Source: a virus. From it: DNA of 39,958 nt. Position 1 is the first letter of the stretch; every line of letters begins with the position of its first letter. The translations under genes and the position numbers were made by a program. The notes under the pieces were generated by a model. It made no database searches. It was not told the DNA's origin and worked only from the letters and a program-made list of their open reading frames with translations. This document shows positions 1 to 8,623 of this stretch, piece after piece. Location: the IMG/VR virus record IMGVR_UViG_3300037882_005016, positions 1 through 39,958 of that record. One strand, 5' to 3'.

Positions 1-99
1 ACTTTTTTTAATGGTGGAAACTGTGCGTTTAAAAGACTAGACTCAAGCTCTTTATTATCGTTAGTTAAATAAATCGGCTCAGTTAGAAAAGGATTATCT
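1..99. repeat. 99-bp terminal direct repeat, identical to 39860..39958 (circular-assembly overlap)
   Basis: Read base by base: window positions 1-99 equal 39860-39958 exactly. An ORF continues in frame across the junction. Confidence 0.95.
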
Positions 100-182
100 A
101 TTTTTATGCAAATAACAGGAGACTCTGTTGATGCAACTTGAATTAAATTAGATTTTAATGTTGGGCTTAGATTCTTTGCCAT
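1..182 (-). CDS. Minor tail protein, lambda gpL position / DUF1833-like; N-terminal part of a gene that wraps the window ends
   Basis: ATG at 182-180, 3 nt after the upstream stop. Hand translation: MAKNLSPTLKSNLIQVASTESPVICIKIDNPFLTEPIYLTNDNKELESSLLNAQFPPLKK... It continues in frame into 39859->39532. Total 510 nt (169 aa plus stop) on the circle with no internal stop. It sits between the gpM-like and gpK-like genes. Confidence 0.6.
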   Translation of the reverse strand, partial: MAKNLSPTLKSNLIQVASTESPVICIKIDNPFLTEPIYLTNDNKELESSLLNAQFPPLKK

Positions 183-185
183 ATT

Positions 186-542
186 TTAACACCAAACCTC
201 AAGTTGTAACGATATGTCCCAAGAGTTCATTTGCTTGTCTTTTAATTGAAAGCTTGGCTCTCCACGCATTCTTGTTCTTAGTATAGTCTTAGTTTCAATA
301 TCATACCATTTAAACCAAAGAGCCCCCATTTTGATATCGCTTTTCCACCATGTTTCGAAGGCAAGTTTATTTTCTATAGAGCAAGCGTGGTAGAGAACAT
401 TGAATATTTTCATAGTCCTGCATTTCTTAGGTCTTGTTTTTGCTGGGCCACTATCCATTTCTGTTCTATAAATCCCAGGATCAAAAGTTGTTGAATAAGA
501 ACCAGGCTGTAAAATTAAATAGCTTGGAAAATCTGCGATCAT
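186..542 (-). CDS. Minor/distal tail protein (lambda gpM position)
   Basis: 118-aa ORF. Its start overlaps the tape-measure stop by 4 nt. It lies immediately upstream of the gpL/K/J-like set. Confidence 0.55.
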   Translation of the reverse strand: MIADFPSYLILQPGSYSTTFDPGIYRTEMDSGPAKTRPKKCRTMKIFNVLYHACSIENKLAFETWWKSDIKMGALWFKWYDIETKTILRTRMRGEPSFQLKDKQMNSWDISLQLEVWC

Positions 543-3277
543 GTTCCACGTCTCCTGACCCCGAAGGCTCCAGAAATAGCTTGAGCCGCGGGACCATTTC
601 TTTTTAAATCATCTATTATTGCAGTAATAACTAAGCCTCTTGAATCAAAGCTTGTCTCTGTTCCAACAATTTGTTTATCAGAGCCGTTATTTTCAATTCT
701 TAAATTTACGTTTTGTGGAGAGCTATCAACCGATCCGCCATCGGCAAAGCCCCTTATAATTCCATTTCTTTTATTTGATAATTTATCTAAGGCAGCATTG
801 CTTAAATTAAAATTATCTAGATCTAGGTTATTAAGAGCATTAAGATTTTTTAATCCAATCGCCTCAGCACTTTTTGCTTTAATCACAAACTCTTTGTTTG
901 ATAAGAGGGCAGGAATAGAATCACTTGTCGCTGTGCCAGCTCCAAAAACGGGGCCGCCTTCGCTAAGTCTTAGCGCCCCAACAGGAGTAATTAAACCTCC
1001 GCCAGCAGCACCAAAAAGACCAGACGATTCAAGTGATCTTGTTAACGCAATTCTTGTTAAGTCCTCGACAATATTTGAGGCAATATCAGAGAATGCGTCA
1101 CCAAAACTTTTAGCTCCTGTTATCGCACTTGTAAAACCGCTCACAAGATTTGACTGTATAGATTGACCTATTTCAGAAATTCCAGGCTTAATATCTTGTA
1201 AAGAATTATTCGTCTCAATAGCAAGCTGATCTAATTCTCTTTTATTTTTTTGTGAATCAATTATTGGTTCAACTAAAGTTAGCTCTTCGTTAACGCCCTG
1301 AACGGCCTGTCTTGCAACGGCTCGAGCCTCGTTGATTTGTTTTCTTTGCTCTTCTGGATTATCAGCAAACTTTAACTTTATTTGATTCTCAGCATTTTGA
1401 AGATCTTGGTTAATTACAGCAATTTTCTCTTTAAGCTCTATAACTCTTTGATCTTCTAGAACTAAGCTTGCTTTTAATTCTATTGTCTCTTGACCAACGC
1501 CAAACTTTTTAGCTTGACTGATCTCATCTTTAAACTGTGCCGCGATATTTTCTTGTCTAAGCTGATCAAGGTTTTCAGATCCAAGAGCCTGGGCATTCTC
1601 AAACTCTATTCTTTTTAAATCAGTTAAAAACTTTTTTCTATCTGCTAAAAACTTATCTTGTATTTTCTTTTGCTCTTCAGCTTCTTTTTCCTGTCTTTTT
1701 CTAAGCTCTTCTTGCTCTTTAAATCTTTTTTCAAAGTCTTTGTCAAAGGCAAGCTCTACAGGCTGATCAATTATAATTTTAGGAAGCTTCGTTTTTTCTT
1801 GTTCATTAAAATTAAGAAGCTCTTTTGCAAGATTATCTCTTAATTCCTTTTGTTGCTGCTTTATTTTTTCTATTTGTTTATTTGTTCCAGTGCTGTCAAC
1901 AAACCCAAGACTGACAGCTTCTCCAATTCCTTTAACTAGATTAAGACGAACAACCTCAAGCTGTAGAGCAAGGTCTTTTCCTAAAGTAGAAATTGTGAGA
2001 CCAAGGTTTTCAAAAAAATCATTAAAGAATTTTAGAGCCTTCGCTGATGGTCCTTGTGCGCCCAGGGCAAGATCTGCAAAGAAGTTATTAATAATCTGCT
2101 TTGTTCTCTCAAATTCAAATGTAAACGTATTGGTTGCTATCTCTGCAGCCTTAGAGGCCGAACCACTTGAGTTACCGAGCTGATCAATTGCCTTGTTGAG
2201 GCCAACAAAACTATCTTGAGCCAAGGAGTTGATAAGCTTAAAACCCTCAACTCGGCCAAAAAGTTTAGTCAATTTTTCTTGTGATCCTCCAACTGAAGTA
2301 TTTAAATCTTTTAAAAAGTCTGAAAGTTTTTTTGTCTGTATCGCTTGAATACTAAACGCATCGGCCACGTCTGGTCCGAGTTTTTTGGCCACGTCTTGAT
2401 TTTTTAAAACAGCAGTAAAGACAGAATTTAATTGTGTTGCGGCCTCTCCGGCATCTAATCCCTTTGTGGTTAGAAGTGCGATAGTTCCTGCAACCTCTTC
2501 AAATTCAACACCTAATGATCTTGCAGAGGGAAGAACGCCACCGATTACAGAGGATAGCTGACTTACGGTTGCTGTCCCTAATTTTACAGACTCAACCAAA
2601 ACGTCTGTTGCCTGAGCTGCGGTTAAACCGTCTTTTCCATATACATTTAAGACAGTTGTTAAAGTTCTCGTAACCTCTTCAAGCTGTGCGCCGCCTGCAA
2701 TCGCCCCATTGTTTGCAGCTTTTAAAATATCTAATGCAAGCGCCGCGTCCTCTACTCCGCTTGATAAAATATTATAAAAAGATTTTGCATTTTCTTGAGC
2801 CGTATTACCAAACTGATTTGATAGCTTAAAAAACTCATCCGAAAATTGTTTTGCAGAATCTACTCCTCCGCCAAGAAGAGCGTCTAATTGTTTAAATGTG
2901 ACATCCAATTCACGGGCGTCTTGATTAAATCCTAATAGATTTTTTCCAAGAACCGCAAAGGTTCCAGCAAGAGCGGTTAGCCCAGCTAATTTTACGAAAC
3001 CAAGTGATTTAAACTGCTTTTGAATCGAATTTAATACTGGCGATAGATTGCCAAAAGAAGATGATATTCTTCCTAAGACTGGATTAAACTTTTCATATTC
3101 TGTATTTAATTTTGTTGTCGATTCTCTAAGTTTTTTTTGTTGCTTTTCTAAAACGTCGGCACGATTAAAAATATCTTCAAACTGCTTTCGAACATCGGAG
3201 CTTGTTTTTGAGAGTTTTTTTAATTCGCCTTCGCCGTCAACAATAACATTAAACTGAGCTTCTGTTTTTAAGTCCAT
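539..3277 (-). CDS. Tail tape measure protein
   Basis: 912-aa ORF upstream of the tail-tip genes. It has a long E/K/Q-rich coiled-coil centre, G/A-rich hydrophobic stretches and an N-terminal region of tape-measure type (...NTAQENAKSFYNILSSGV...). Confidence 0.85.
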   Translation of the reverse strand: MDLKTEAQFNVIVDGEGELKKLSKTSSDVRKQFEDIFNRADVLEKQQKKLRESTTKLNTEYEKFNPVLGRISSSFGNLSPVLNSIQKQFKSLGFVKLAGLTALAGTFAVLGKNLLGFNQDARELDVTFKQLDALLGGGVDSAKQFSDEFFKLSNQFGNTAQENAKSFYNILSSGVEDAALALDILKAANNGAIAGGAQLEEVTRTLTTVLNVYGKDGLTAAQATDVLVESVKLGTATVSQLSSVIGGVLPSARSLGVEFEEVAGTIALLTTKGLDAGEAATQLNSVFTAVLKNQDVAKKLGPDVADAFSIQAIQTKKLSDFLKDLNTSVGGSQEKLTKLFGRVEGFKLINSLAQDSFVGLNKAIDQLGNSSGSASKAAEIATNTFTFEFERTKQIINNFFADLALGAQGPSAKALKFFNDFFENLGLTISTLGKDLALQLEVVRLNLVKGIGEAVSLGFVDSTGTNKQIEKIKQQQKELRDNLAKELLNFNEQEKTKLPKIIIDQPVELAFDKDFEKRFKEQEELRKRQEKEAEEQKKIQDKFLADRKKFLTDLKRIEFENAQALGSENLDQLRQENIAAQFKDEISQAKKFGVGQETIELKASLVLEDQRVIELKEKIAVINQDLQNAENQIKLKFADNPEEQRKQINEARAVARQAVQGVNEELTLVEPIIDSQKNKRELDQLAIETNNSLQDIKPGISEIGQSIQSNLVSGFTSAITGAKSFGDAFSDIASNIVEDLTRIALTRSLESSGLFGAAGGGLITPVGALRLSEGGPVFGAGTATSDSIPALLSNKEFVIKAKSAEAIGLKNLNALNNLDLDNFNLSNAALDKLSNKRNGIIRGFADGGSVDSSPQNVNLRIENNGSDKQIVGTETSFDSRGLVITAIIDDLKRNGPAAQAISGAFGVRRRGT

Positions 3278-3311
3278 TTAAAAACAATTCCTTTTTTAAA
3301 AGATTATATAA

Positions 3312-3695
3312 CTATTCCTCAGCCGCTAGTTTTAACTTCTTTACAGCCTTTACAAGCTTTCCCTCGATAAGATAAGCAATAAGAAAATCAACTTTTTCCT
3401 CAAGAGTTAAAGTAGACTGATCAAAATTAAAGTTTGCTATCTTATTTCTATTATTTTTTCTCTTTGTCTCTATTGTCTCATTCTCTTGTTTTTCAAGAAT
3501 ATCTAATTCTTTTTTAATTTGATCTATCTCAAGAACAAGAACACCGTTAGTTTCAGATTTAATTTTTAAATATTTCCAATCTTCTTTTGGAATATCTTGA
3601 TTAAACTCTTGGAGCCCTTCTGGCACAAATCCATCAGCGGTCATTATTCCAATATCACCAGTTTCATTATTTTTTATAATATAATTTTTTTTCAT
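3312..3695 (-). CDS. Hypothetical protein; possible fibre assembly/chaperone partner of the upstream fibre gene
   Basis: 127-aa ORF directly downstream of the fibre-like gene, with a coiled-coil centre. Assignment is by position only. Confidence 0.3.
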   Translation of the reverse strand: MKKNYIIKNNETGDIGIMTADGFVPEGLQEFNQDIPKEDWKYLKIKSETNGVLVLEIDQIKKELDILEKQENETIETKRKNNRNKIANFNFDQSTLTLEEKVDFLIAYLIEGKLVKAVKKLKLAAEE

Positions 3696-3705
3696 GTATT
3701 AGTCC

Positions 3706-5058
3706 TTATGCTTTTTTAATAGCCCATAAATATGTGCTTGAGTCTTGTCCAGTTAAACCAGGCACTTCATCCTCGAGACTTGGGCGACATCTTATATTTG
3801 TAATAGCTCCAGCACTGATAGTGCCTCTGTGAATTATTTTATAAGACGTTGTTGCTCCAATTGTAAGTGTTGTTTTTCCAACAATACACGTAAAGTTGGT
3901 CTCTGCCGTTGAGTTTAGAGCAACGCCATAGGTTGAAATTGAATCAGCAATTGGCGTAAGTCCTCCGTTAATAGCTAATGCTACGTTTGCCTGTGAAAAA
4001 TAAGGAAGTGTTCCTGCAAGATAGGTAATTTGATAATCGCACTTATAAAAAAGATCCCATGTTCCAGCTGTAAGAGTAATAATATTTGGAGTTGCTGAGA
4101 TATCTTGCCAAACATTTGATGCCGTTAAACTATTTGTTGTAATTGTTCCAAGATAACTTGTTAGTGTTGTTGCATTAGCAACGCCCTCTCCAATTGGTCT
4201 CCACTGACTTAAGTTATTATTCCAATATTTAACAATATTTTCAGAAGTTGAATAATACTCTTCTCCGCCAACTCTTGTTGTAAAAAATGTTGTTGCGGCG
4301 GCGTCGTTTAAAAAGCTTGGAACTCCACCAATTAATGATTTCCCAACAAGACCCATTGAATTTGTTTTTGGTAATTTGTCTGAATCTGCCGCCCCAGTAG
4401 TTACGGTAATTGCATTAGCAACTTTTGATTCAGCCTCAATATCAGAAAGTACGTGCCAAGAATCGTCTATCGCATCGTACATTCTTATTGTAGGTCTTCC
4501 AAAGATTGCAATGCTTGAATTATCTATATGAAGTGGTAGATCGTGTTTTGCTGGCGTCGCCGGATTTCCACCAGGCACTAAACTTGAGGGTATTGAAATT
4601 AGATCTTGCCAAAAACCATCAAGAGTCAGAGGAGTAATTGCCTTATTATCAACAGCTCCAACTGAGGTCTCGGAAGAGTCAGCGTAAAAAAGAGTTGCAT
4701 TTGATGCCATGATTGACTGAATTTGAGCAGCAGTCATTTCGTCTTTTTCAACACTAGAGTTTAGTTTTTTATAAAAAGAATTGTCCCCTTGATTATGAAA
4801 TCTAAAACCAATTGGAACAGTATAAATATCAAAAGAAGTAGATATCCATGTGGCAATCTGATTTGTATCAGTTAAATACCACTGTTTGCCAGGAGTTGCA
4901 GAAGACGGAAGACTTGATGCTGTTATCATTCCGTCAACGCTTGGATACAAATAAGCATCAATCTTGTGTAAATTTGCATCCATTCCAGGTTTCCAACCGC
5001 TCTCGCCGAGAGACCAGTCTGTTTGAATTGAATTTCTTGGTAAAATTACTGCTGGCAT
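3706..5058 (-). CDS. Tail fibre-like / receptor-binding protein (N-terminus reminiscent of DUF2793)
   Basis: 450 aa. N-terminus: LPRNSIQTDW..GW..GMDANLHKIDAYLYPSV...PGKQWYLT. There is a fibre-type motif SETSVGAVDNKAITPLTL and a beta-rich, S/T/G/N-rich C-terminal half. Confidence 0.55.
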   Translation of the reverse strand: MPAVILPRNSIQTDWSLGESGWKPGMDANLHKIDAYLYPSVDGMITASSLPSSATPGKQWYLTDTNQIATWISTSFDIYTVPIGFRFHNQGDNSFYKKLNSSVEKDEMTAAQIQSIMASNATLFYADSSETSVGAVDNKAITPLTLDGFWQDLISIPSSLVPGGNPATPAKHDLPLHIDNSSIAIFGRPTIRMYDAIDDSWHVLSDIEAESKVANAITVTTGAADSDKLPKTNSMGLVGKSLIGGVPSFLNDAAATTFFTTRVGGEEYYSTSENIVKYWNNNLSQWRPIGEGVANATTLTSYLGTITTNSLTASNVWQDISATPNIITLTAGTWDLFYKCDYQITYLAGTLPYFSQANVALAINGGLTPIADSISTYGVALNSTAETNFTCIVGKTTLTIGATTSYKIIHRGTISAGAITNIRCRPSLEDEVPGLTGQDSSTYLWAIKKA

Positions 5059-5061
5059 ATT

Positions 5062-5415
5062 CTATTTCTCCTCATCTTTTTTACTTATCCATGATTCAGG
5101 TATCGTTGACTGAAAATTATTTAAATTATTTTCTCTTAATACTGAGTTAAAATGTTTTTTAATATCTTTAGGATCGCCCCAAACTGCGAGACGAGTTGTA
5201 TTTATTCTTCCAAGACTCTCTACGTCTTTTTGTTTTTCTATTGCTTGGCAAAATCCATCAATTTGTTTCAAAGTATATTCCTTTATATTTTGCAAATCAT
5301 GTCCATGCTCAACAAGAGTCTGGATAATATCATACCACTTTATTTGTTGCCTAGTACCTGTTTTTGCTGACTTAAGATCTTTGTTATCTCCGGTAGTAGG
5401 CTCTTCATAAAAAAA
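5062..5415 (-). CDS. -1 frameshift extension of the tail assembly chaperone (gpGT analogue; predicted fusion about 221 aa)
   Basis: The -1 frame is open from the T7 run (5415-5409) to the stop at 5062, by hand translation: YEEPTTGDNKDLKSAKTGTRQQIKWYDIIQTLVEHGHD + LQNIKEYTLKQIDGF.... The 77-aa track ORF has only a TTG start and no evident RBS. Confidence 0.65.
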   Translation of the reverse strand, partial: FFYEEPTTGDNKDLKSAKTGTRQQIKWYDIIQTLVEHGHDLQNIKEYTLKQIDGFCQAIEKQKDVESLGRINTTRLAVWGDPKDIKKHFNSVLRENNLNNFQSTIPESWISKKDEEK

Positions 5416-5726
5416 TCGGTGTTCTCCTCAACAATTGTCGCAATAATATTAAGCAAATCGTCTGGAAGAAGAGAGCATATTTTTTCTTTATCACTAGACG
5501 TTGATATTGAAACAAGATCAACAATTTCATCCGTATGTTGAATAATTAAAGTAATATAGTCTTCAGGCTTTAATTGCTTTTGATTATTTATAATAAATTT
5601 TATTAGCTCTATTGCCTGGCCTTTTATCTTAGAAATCTGCCCAATATTAAATGGACCGACTTTAAAATCTCCAGACCTTGTTTTTATTATCTTTTGTTCA
5701 TAGAAAATTGTCTCAAGTTCAGACAA
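5340..5726 (-). CDS. Tail assembly chaperone (lambda gpG analogue), zero-frame product
   Basis: 128-aa acidic ORF downstream of the tail-tube genes. It contains the slippery run GAT TTT TTT ATG 22 codons before its stop. Confidence 0.7.
   Translation of the reverse strand: MSELETIFYEQKIIKTRSGDFKVGPFNIGQISKIKGQAIELIKFIINNQKQLKPEDYITLIIQHTDEIVDLVSISTSSDKEKICSLLPDDLLNIIATIVEENTDFFMKSLLPEITKILSQQKQVLGNK
5409..5415 (-). promoter_or_regulatory. Slippery heptamer T TTT TTT (X XXY YYZ) for programmed -1 ribosomal frameshifting
   Basis: A7 on the plus strand equals T7 on the coding strand. The zero-frame codons are GAT|TTT|TTT|ATG. Confidence 0.65.
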
Positions 5727-5736
5727 AACTCACCCC

Positions 5737-6579
5737 CTATAATACTGTAAATTTACATATCTCAAAGTATTGTGAGTGATCTTTCCCATCTTTGCAAGGA
5801 TCTGGCTCTAGAATGCCATTTAGAGTTATAGTTTGAAAGCTATCAGAAATCAGTTCAAGTGCCGATAATGGTCTAAGCCTTGCTCTAAAAAAAGTTACTT
5901 TGTATCTCTCGTTTACATTAGCGAGATTTAAACCATCAAAAACAATTGTAACCGGACCCTGAGACGTCGTAATTGGATTGATGCAAGAATAGTTATAGCT
6001 ATTAGAATAAGATAGTAATAGAGCCGTATTTAAAGGGACAACAATACTATTTAAAATAGTAACGCCCGTTTCAGAAGCCGTATAATCAATGCCTGAGACT
6101 AAAAAATTCATTGTATCGGTTCTTTGAATAGTTACTGAAGAAGCATTCCCGCCAGTTTCATTATATGGGAAAAATGAACCCGCTTGAAAAACGCCGCTTG
6201 TATTAGGCAAAATATATTGTGTCTTTGTTGTACTCGTAGCAGCGTGATCTGTTTTTTTGCCAAACAATCCGAAGTTTAAATTATCAAGACTTAAGCAATT
6301 TAAAGTTATAGAAAAGTTGACTCCATTTATTATCGTTGCTCCACATGATTCGGAAGGAAAAAAACCAGACCTCCCGATCTGCTCTATTGTTTGTGAATCA
6401 ACCTGAAAATTTAAAGATGTGACGTTTCCCAAAAATCTTCCAGCCGTTCCACCTGCGCCAACGGCCTGACCCCAGCTGATTCCCCAATTGTAGCCCCACG
6501 AAAGAGCCGTGTTCTCCCAAGGGGAAATAAAAGCCTTTCCCCTACCGACAAAACAACAATCTTGAGAATCAAAAGCCAC
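5737..6579 (-). CDS. Tail tube protein paralogue 2
   Basis: 280 aa. It shares blocks with the upstream ORF: QDCCFVGRGKAF, F.GN..S..F, ..T..C, VFDG.N and Y.V..F..... Confidence 0.5.
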   Translation of the reverse strand: MAFDSQDCCFVGRGKAFISPWENTALSWGYNWGISWGQAVGAGGTAGRFLGNVTSLNFQVDSQTIEQIGRSGFFPSESCGATIINGVNFSITLNCLSLDNLNFGLFGKKTDHAATSTTKTQYILPNTSGVFQAGSFFPYNETGGNASSVTIQRTDTMNFLVSGIDYTASETGVTILNSIVVPLNTALLLSYSNSYNYSCINPITTSQGPVTIVFDGLNLANVNERYKVTFFRARLRPLSALELISDSFQTITLNGILEPDPCKDGKDHSQYFEICKFTVL

Positions 6580-6596
6580 AAAACACCTCTTTTAAA

Positions 6597-7373
6597 TTAA
6601 GCTACCTGAATTGTTCCGTACTGTGAAAACCCAGAAGTTAATCCAGACACAGAATTTGTCTTGCTTGCAGGAAGAGCTGTTCCAGATAAAGTAAAAGTAA
6701 CAATATCGTCGCCAATAAAAGAAAAACCATCGGCTGGGCCAAACTTAACTTTAAAAAGATTTACTCTATAAGAGGCTCCGCTTGCTGCGTTGATACCATC
6801 AAATAACACCTCAAGCTCTCCAGATGTTTTAGTTAAAATCTCAACAACATCCTGTGCTTTTTTTGTGTAATCAACGTGGATTGTGCTCGCAGCAGTAATT
6901 GTTGATCCTGTAGGAATACATAAGACTGACCCATCTAGAATATAATCTGTTCCAGCAAGATAAGTTGTTGTTCCCGCTACATCAGTCACAACAATTGCAG
7001 GAGCAGCTGCTGGCATATTTTTTAAAGGAATAAATGCCCCAACGCCCTCTACAAAGTGAGCCTCGTTTGTAATAGCAGACGTAGCAACCGTTGCCTGAGT
7101 TCCTAAAAAAGCTCGCGCAAGATTAGCAACATTTGCGCAGGTTACTGTCATATTTACATCAACGCTTTCAATCTCTTCAAATGAGCACTCTGTGCCACCC
7201 GCAGTTGTTGTGTAATTTTTAACAGTTAACTCGTTTACATTAGGAACAAACTCAAAGCTTGAGGCGTTTCCAATAAACTCAAAAGAGTTGGTTTCAGTTC
7301 CGGTTGCTAAATACGGTTTTACATAAATTTTACCGCGACCAATAAAGCAGCAGTCTTGTGTAATTGATGACAT
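6597..7373 (-). CDS. Major tail (tube) protein, paralogue 1
   Basis: 258 aa. It lies between the neck genes and the chaperone, is beta-rich, and is a paralogue of 5737..6579. Confidence 0.6.
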   Translation of the reverse strand: MSSITQDCCFIGRGKIYVKPYLATGTETNSFEFIGNASSFEFVPNVNELTVKNYTTTAGGTECSFEEIESVDVNMTVTCANVANLARAFLGTQATVATSAITNEAHFVEGVGAFIPLKNMPAAAPAIVVTDVAGTTTYLAGTDYILDGSVLCIPTGSTITAASTIHVDYTKKAQDVVEILTKTSGELEVLFDGINAASGASYRVNLFKVKFGPADGFSFIGDDIVTFTLSGTALPASKTNSVSGLTSGFSQYGTIQVA

Positions 7374-7387
7374 AGTTTTATTTCTCC

Positions 7388-7849
7388 TTATAATTTATAA
7401 AAGATTTCTCTCTCGTATATATTTCTTAGGACCAAAAAATTATTATGAATGAGCGGTTCTTTTTGCTCAACAAAATATAAATTTAGTCCAGTATTTTGTT
7501 CTGTTTTTCTTAATTCCATTATTTTATCTGTTACTAGTTTTTCTAGTTGATCGGCCCAAACAAATGGCCCAGTTAAGTTAGCCCCGCTTGGCGTAACGTC
7601 TATTTGTGCTTGTGTATTCGACGAGCAAGACACTGCAACAATAATTGCAATCTCCTGAATTACGGAAAAACAGTCCACAAATTTTGATTTATTTTTTGGC
7701 TTTGATCCTAGGGGAACAATAATTATTCCTGGATAGGACTGGCCCTCAATACCAATTTCTGAAAATTCTGATCTAATATCGACTCTATTAATTCCAGGTA
7801 TTGTGCAAAATGCTTCTTTTAAAATAAGTAGATCTTTTAAGCGTGACAT
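7388..7849 (-). CDS. Neck / tail-terminator-like head-tail joining protein
   Basis: 153 aa. It lies between the DUF1320-type adaptor and the tube genes and overlaps the upstream gene by 13 nt. Confidence 0.45.
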   Translation of the reverse strand: MSRLKDLLILKEAFCTIPGINRVDIRSEFSEIGIEGQSYPGIIIVPLGSKPKNKSKFVDCFSVIQEIAIIVAVSCSSNTQAQIDVTPSGANLTGPFVWADQLEKLVTDKIMELRKTEQNTGLNLYFVEQKEPLIHNNFLVLRNIYEREIFYKL

Positions 7850-8361
7850 TCACACCCGCAAGAATCTTTTTTGCATAGCTCGCAAATATCGTCAGGAATT
7901 CTGCAGCCAACTTGTTGTACTGATATTTTAAAATCACCTGTTTTATCTATACAGTTTAAATAGGTATCGTCGCATATTTGATTTTCACATTCACAAAACT
8001 TTTCAATATCTTTTAAAGTCTGCTTGTATCTTCTATAAGCCTCGTGATCGTCTTGACCGCTTTCTGATGAAAGCTTAATCATGTCATATAATAAATATCT
8101 TGCTATTGTTGCGTTCCAAAAGTCTAGAATTTGAAATCTTGATCCTGAAGCAATTAATTGTCTAATTGTTTTTATATTAAAACAGCACGATAAATATTGA
8201 TCAATTATTGCACAGGCATCTTTAATAGCTACTTGGATTCTAGTGTCATCAATAATCGTATCATCTGTGCAAGACCCTCCGAGTTCACCCATCTTATTAG
8301 ATAGCTGAGCCAACTCTCTTACGCCGAATCGATCTGTCATTGACTGAACCGTTGTGTACAT
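7837..8361 (-). CDS. Head-tail adaptor, DUF1320 / Mu gp36-like, with a Cys-rich C-terminal tail
   Basis: N-terminus MYTTVQSMTDRFGVRELAQLSN...AIKDACAIIDQYL matches the DUF1320 pattern. The C-terminus is ICELCKKDSCGCECHA. Confidence 0.65.
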   Translation of the reverse strand: MYTTVQSMTDRFGVRELAQLSNKMGELGGSCTDDTIIDDTRIQVAIKDACAIIDQYLSCCFNIKTIRQLIASGSRFQILDFWNATIARYLLYDMIKLSSESGQDDHEAYRRYKQTLKDIEKFCECENQICDDTYLNCIDKTGDFKISVQQVGCRIPDDICELCKKDSCGCECHA

Positions 8362-8558
8362 TATTTCTTTTTATTTCCATTGAATGATTTTAATTCAAGT
8401 ACCTCAAATTTCTTATCTGCTTGCTTAAGCTTCTCTATGTACTCTTCTGGTAAAATAGCAACGTCACCAGAAGCTCTCCACTCAAAACGAGAATTATCTC
8501 TGTGATCTAGATAGTTAAGCGGTAAATATAAATCTTCGTTTAATTTTATAACAAGCAT
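8361..8558 (-). CDS. Hypothetical small protein
   Basis: 65-aa ORF. Its stop overlaps the next start (ATGTACA.. / TAA). It is preceded by AAAGGAAAAAT ATG. Confidence 0.45.
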   Translation of the reverse strand: MLVIKLNEDLYLPLNYLDHRDNSRFEWRASGDVAILPEEYIEKLKQADKKFEVLELKSFNGNKKK

Positions 8559-8582
8559 ATTTTTCCTTTAAATAAAATCTTA

Positions 8583-8608
8583 AGAGCCAATGAAAAATCA
8601 AAGGCTCT
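8583..8608 (-). terminator. Stem-loop downstream of the major capsid gene (attenuator or transcript stabiliser)
   Basis: AGAGCC (8583-8588) pairs with GGCTCT (8603-8608) around a 14-nt loop. On the minus strand it is followed by TAAGATTTTATTT. Confidence 0.35.
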
Positions 8609-8623
8609 ATAAATATCAAACTA

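Noticed and set aside
798-3257. Plus-strand ORFs 798..1166, 1658..1843, 1890..2183 and 3048..3257
   Set aside because: All lie antisense inside the tape-measure gene. They have low-complexity or hydrophobic translations (poly-F/L/K, R/S-rich), no SD, and fall within a continuous minus-strand operon.
4848-5370. Plus-strand ORFs 4848..5150 and 5152..5370
   Set aside because: They lie antisense to the fibre-like and chaperone genes. The region is already explained by the frameshifted G/GT pair.
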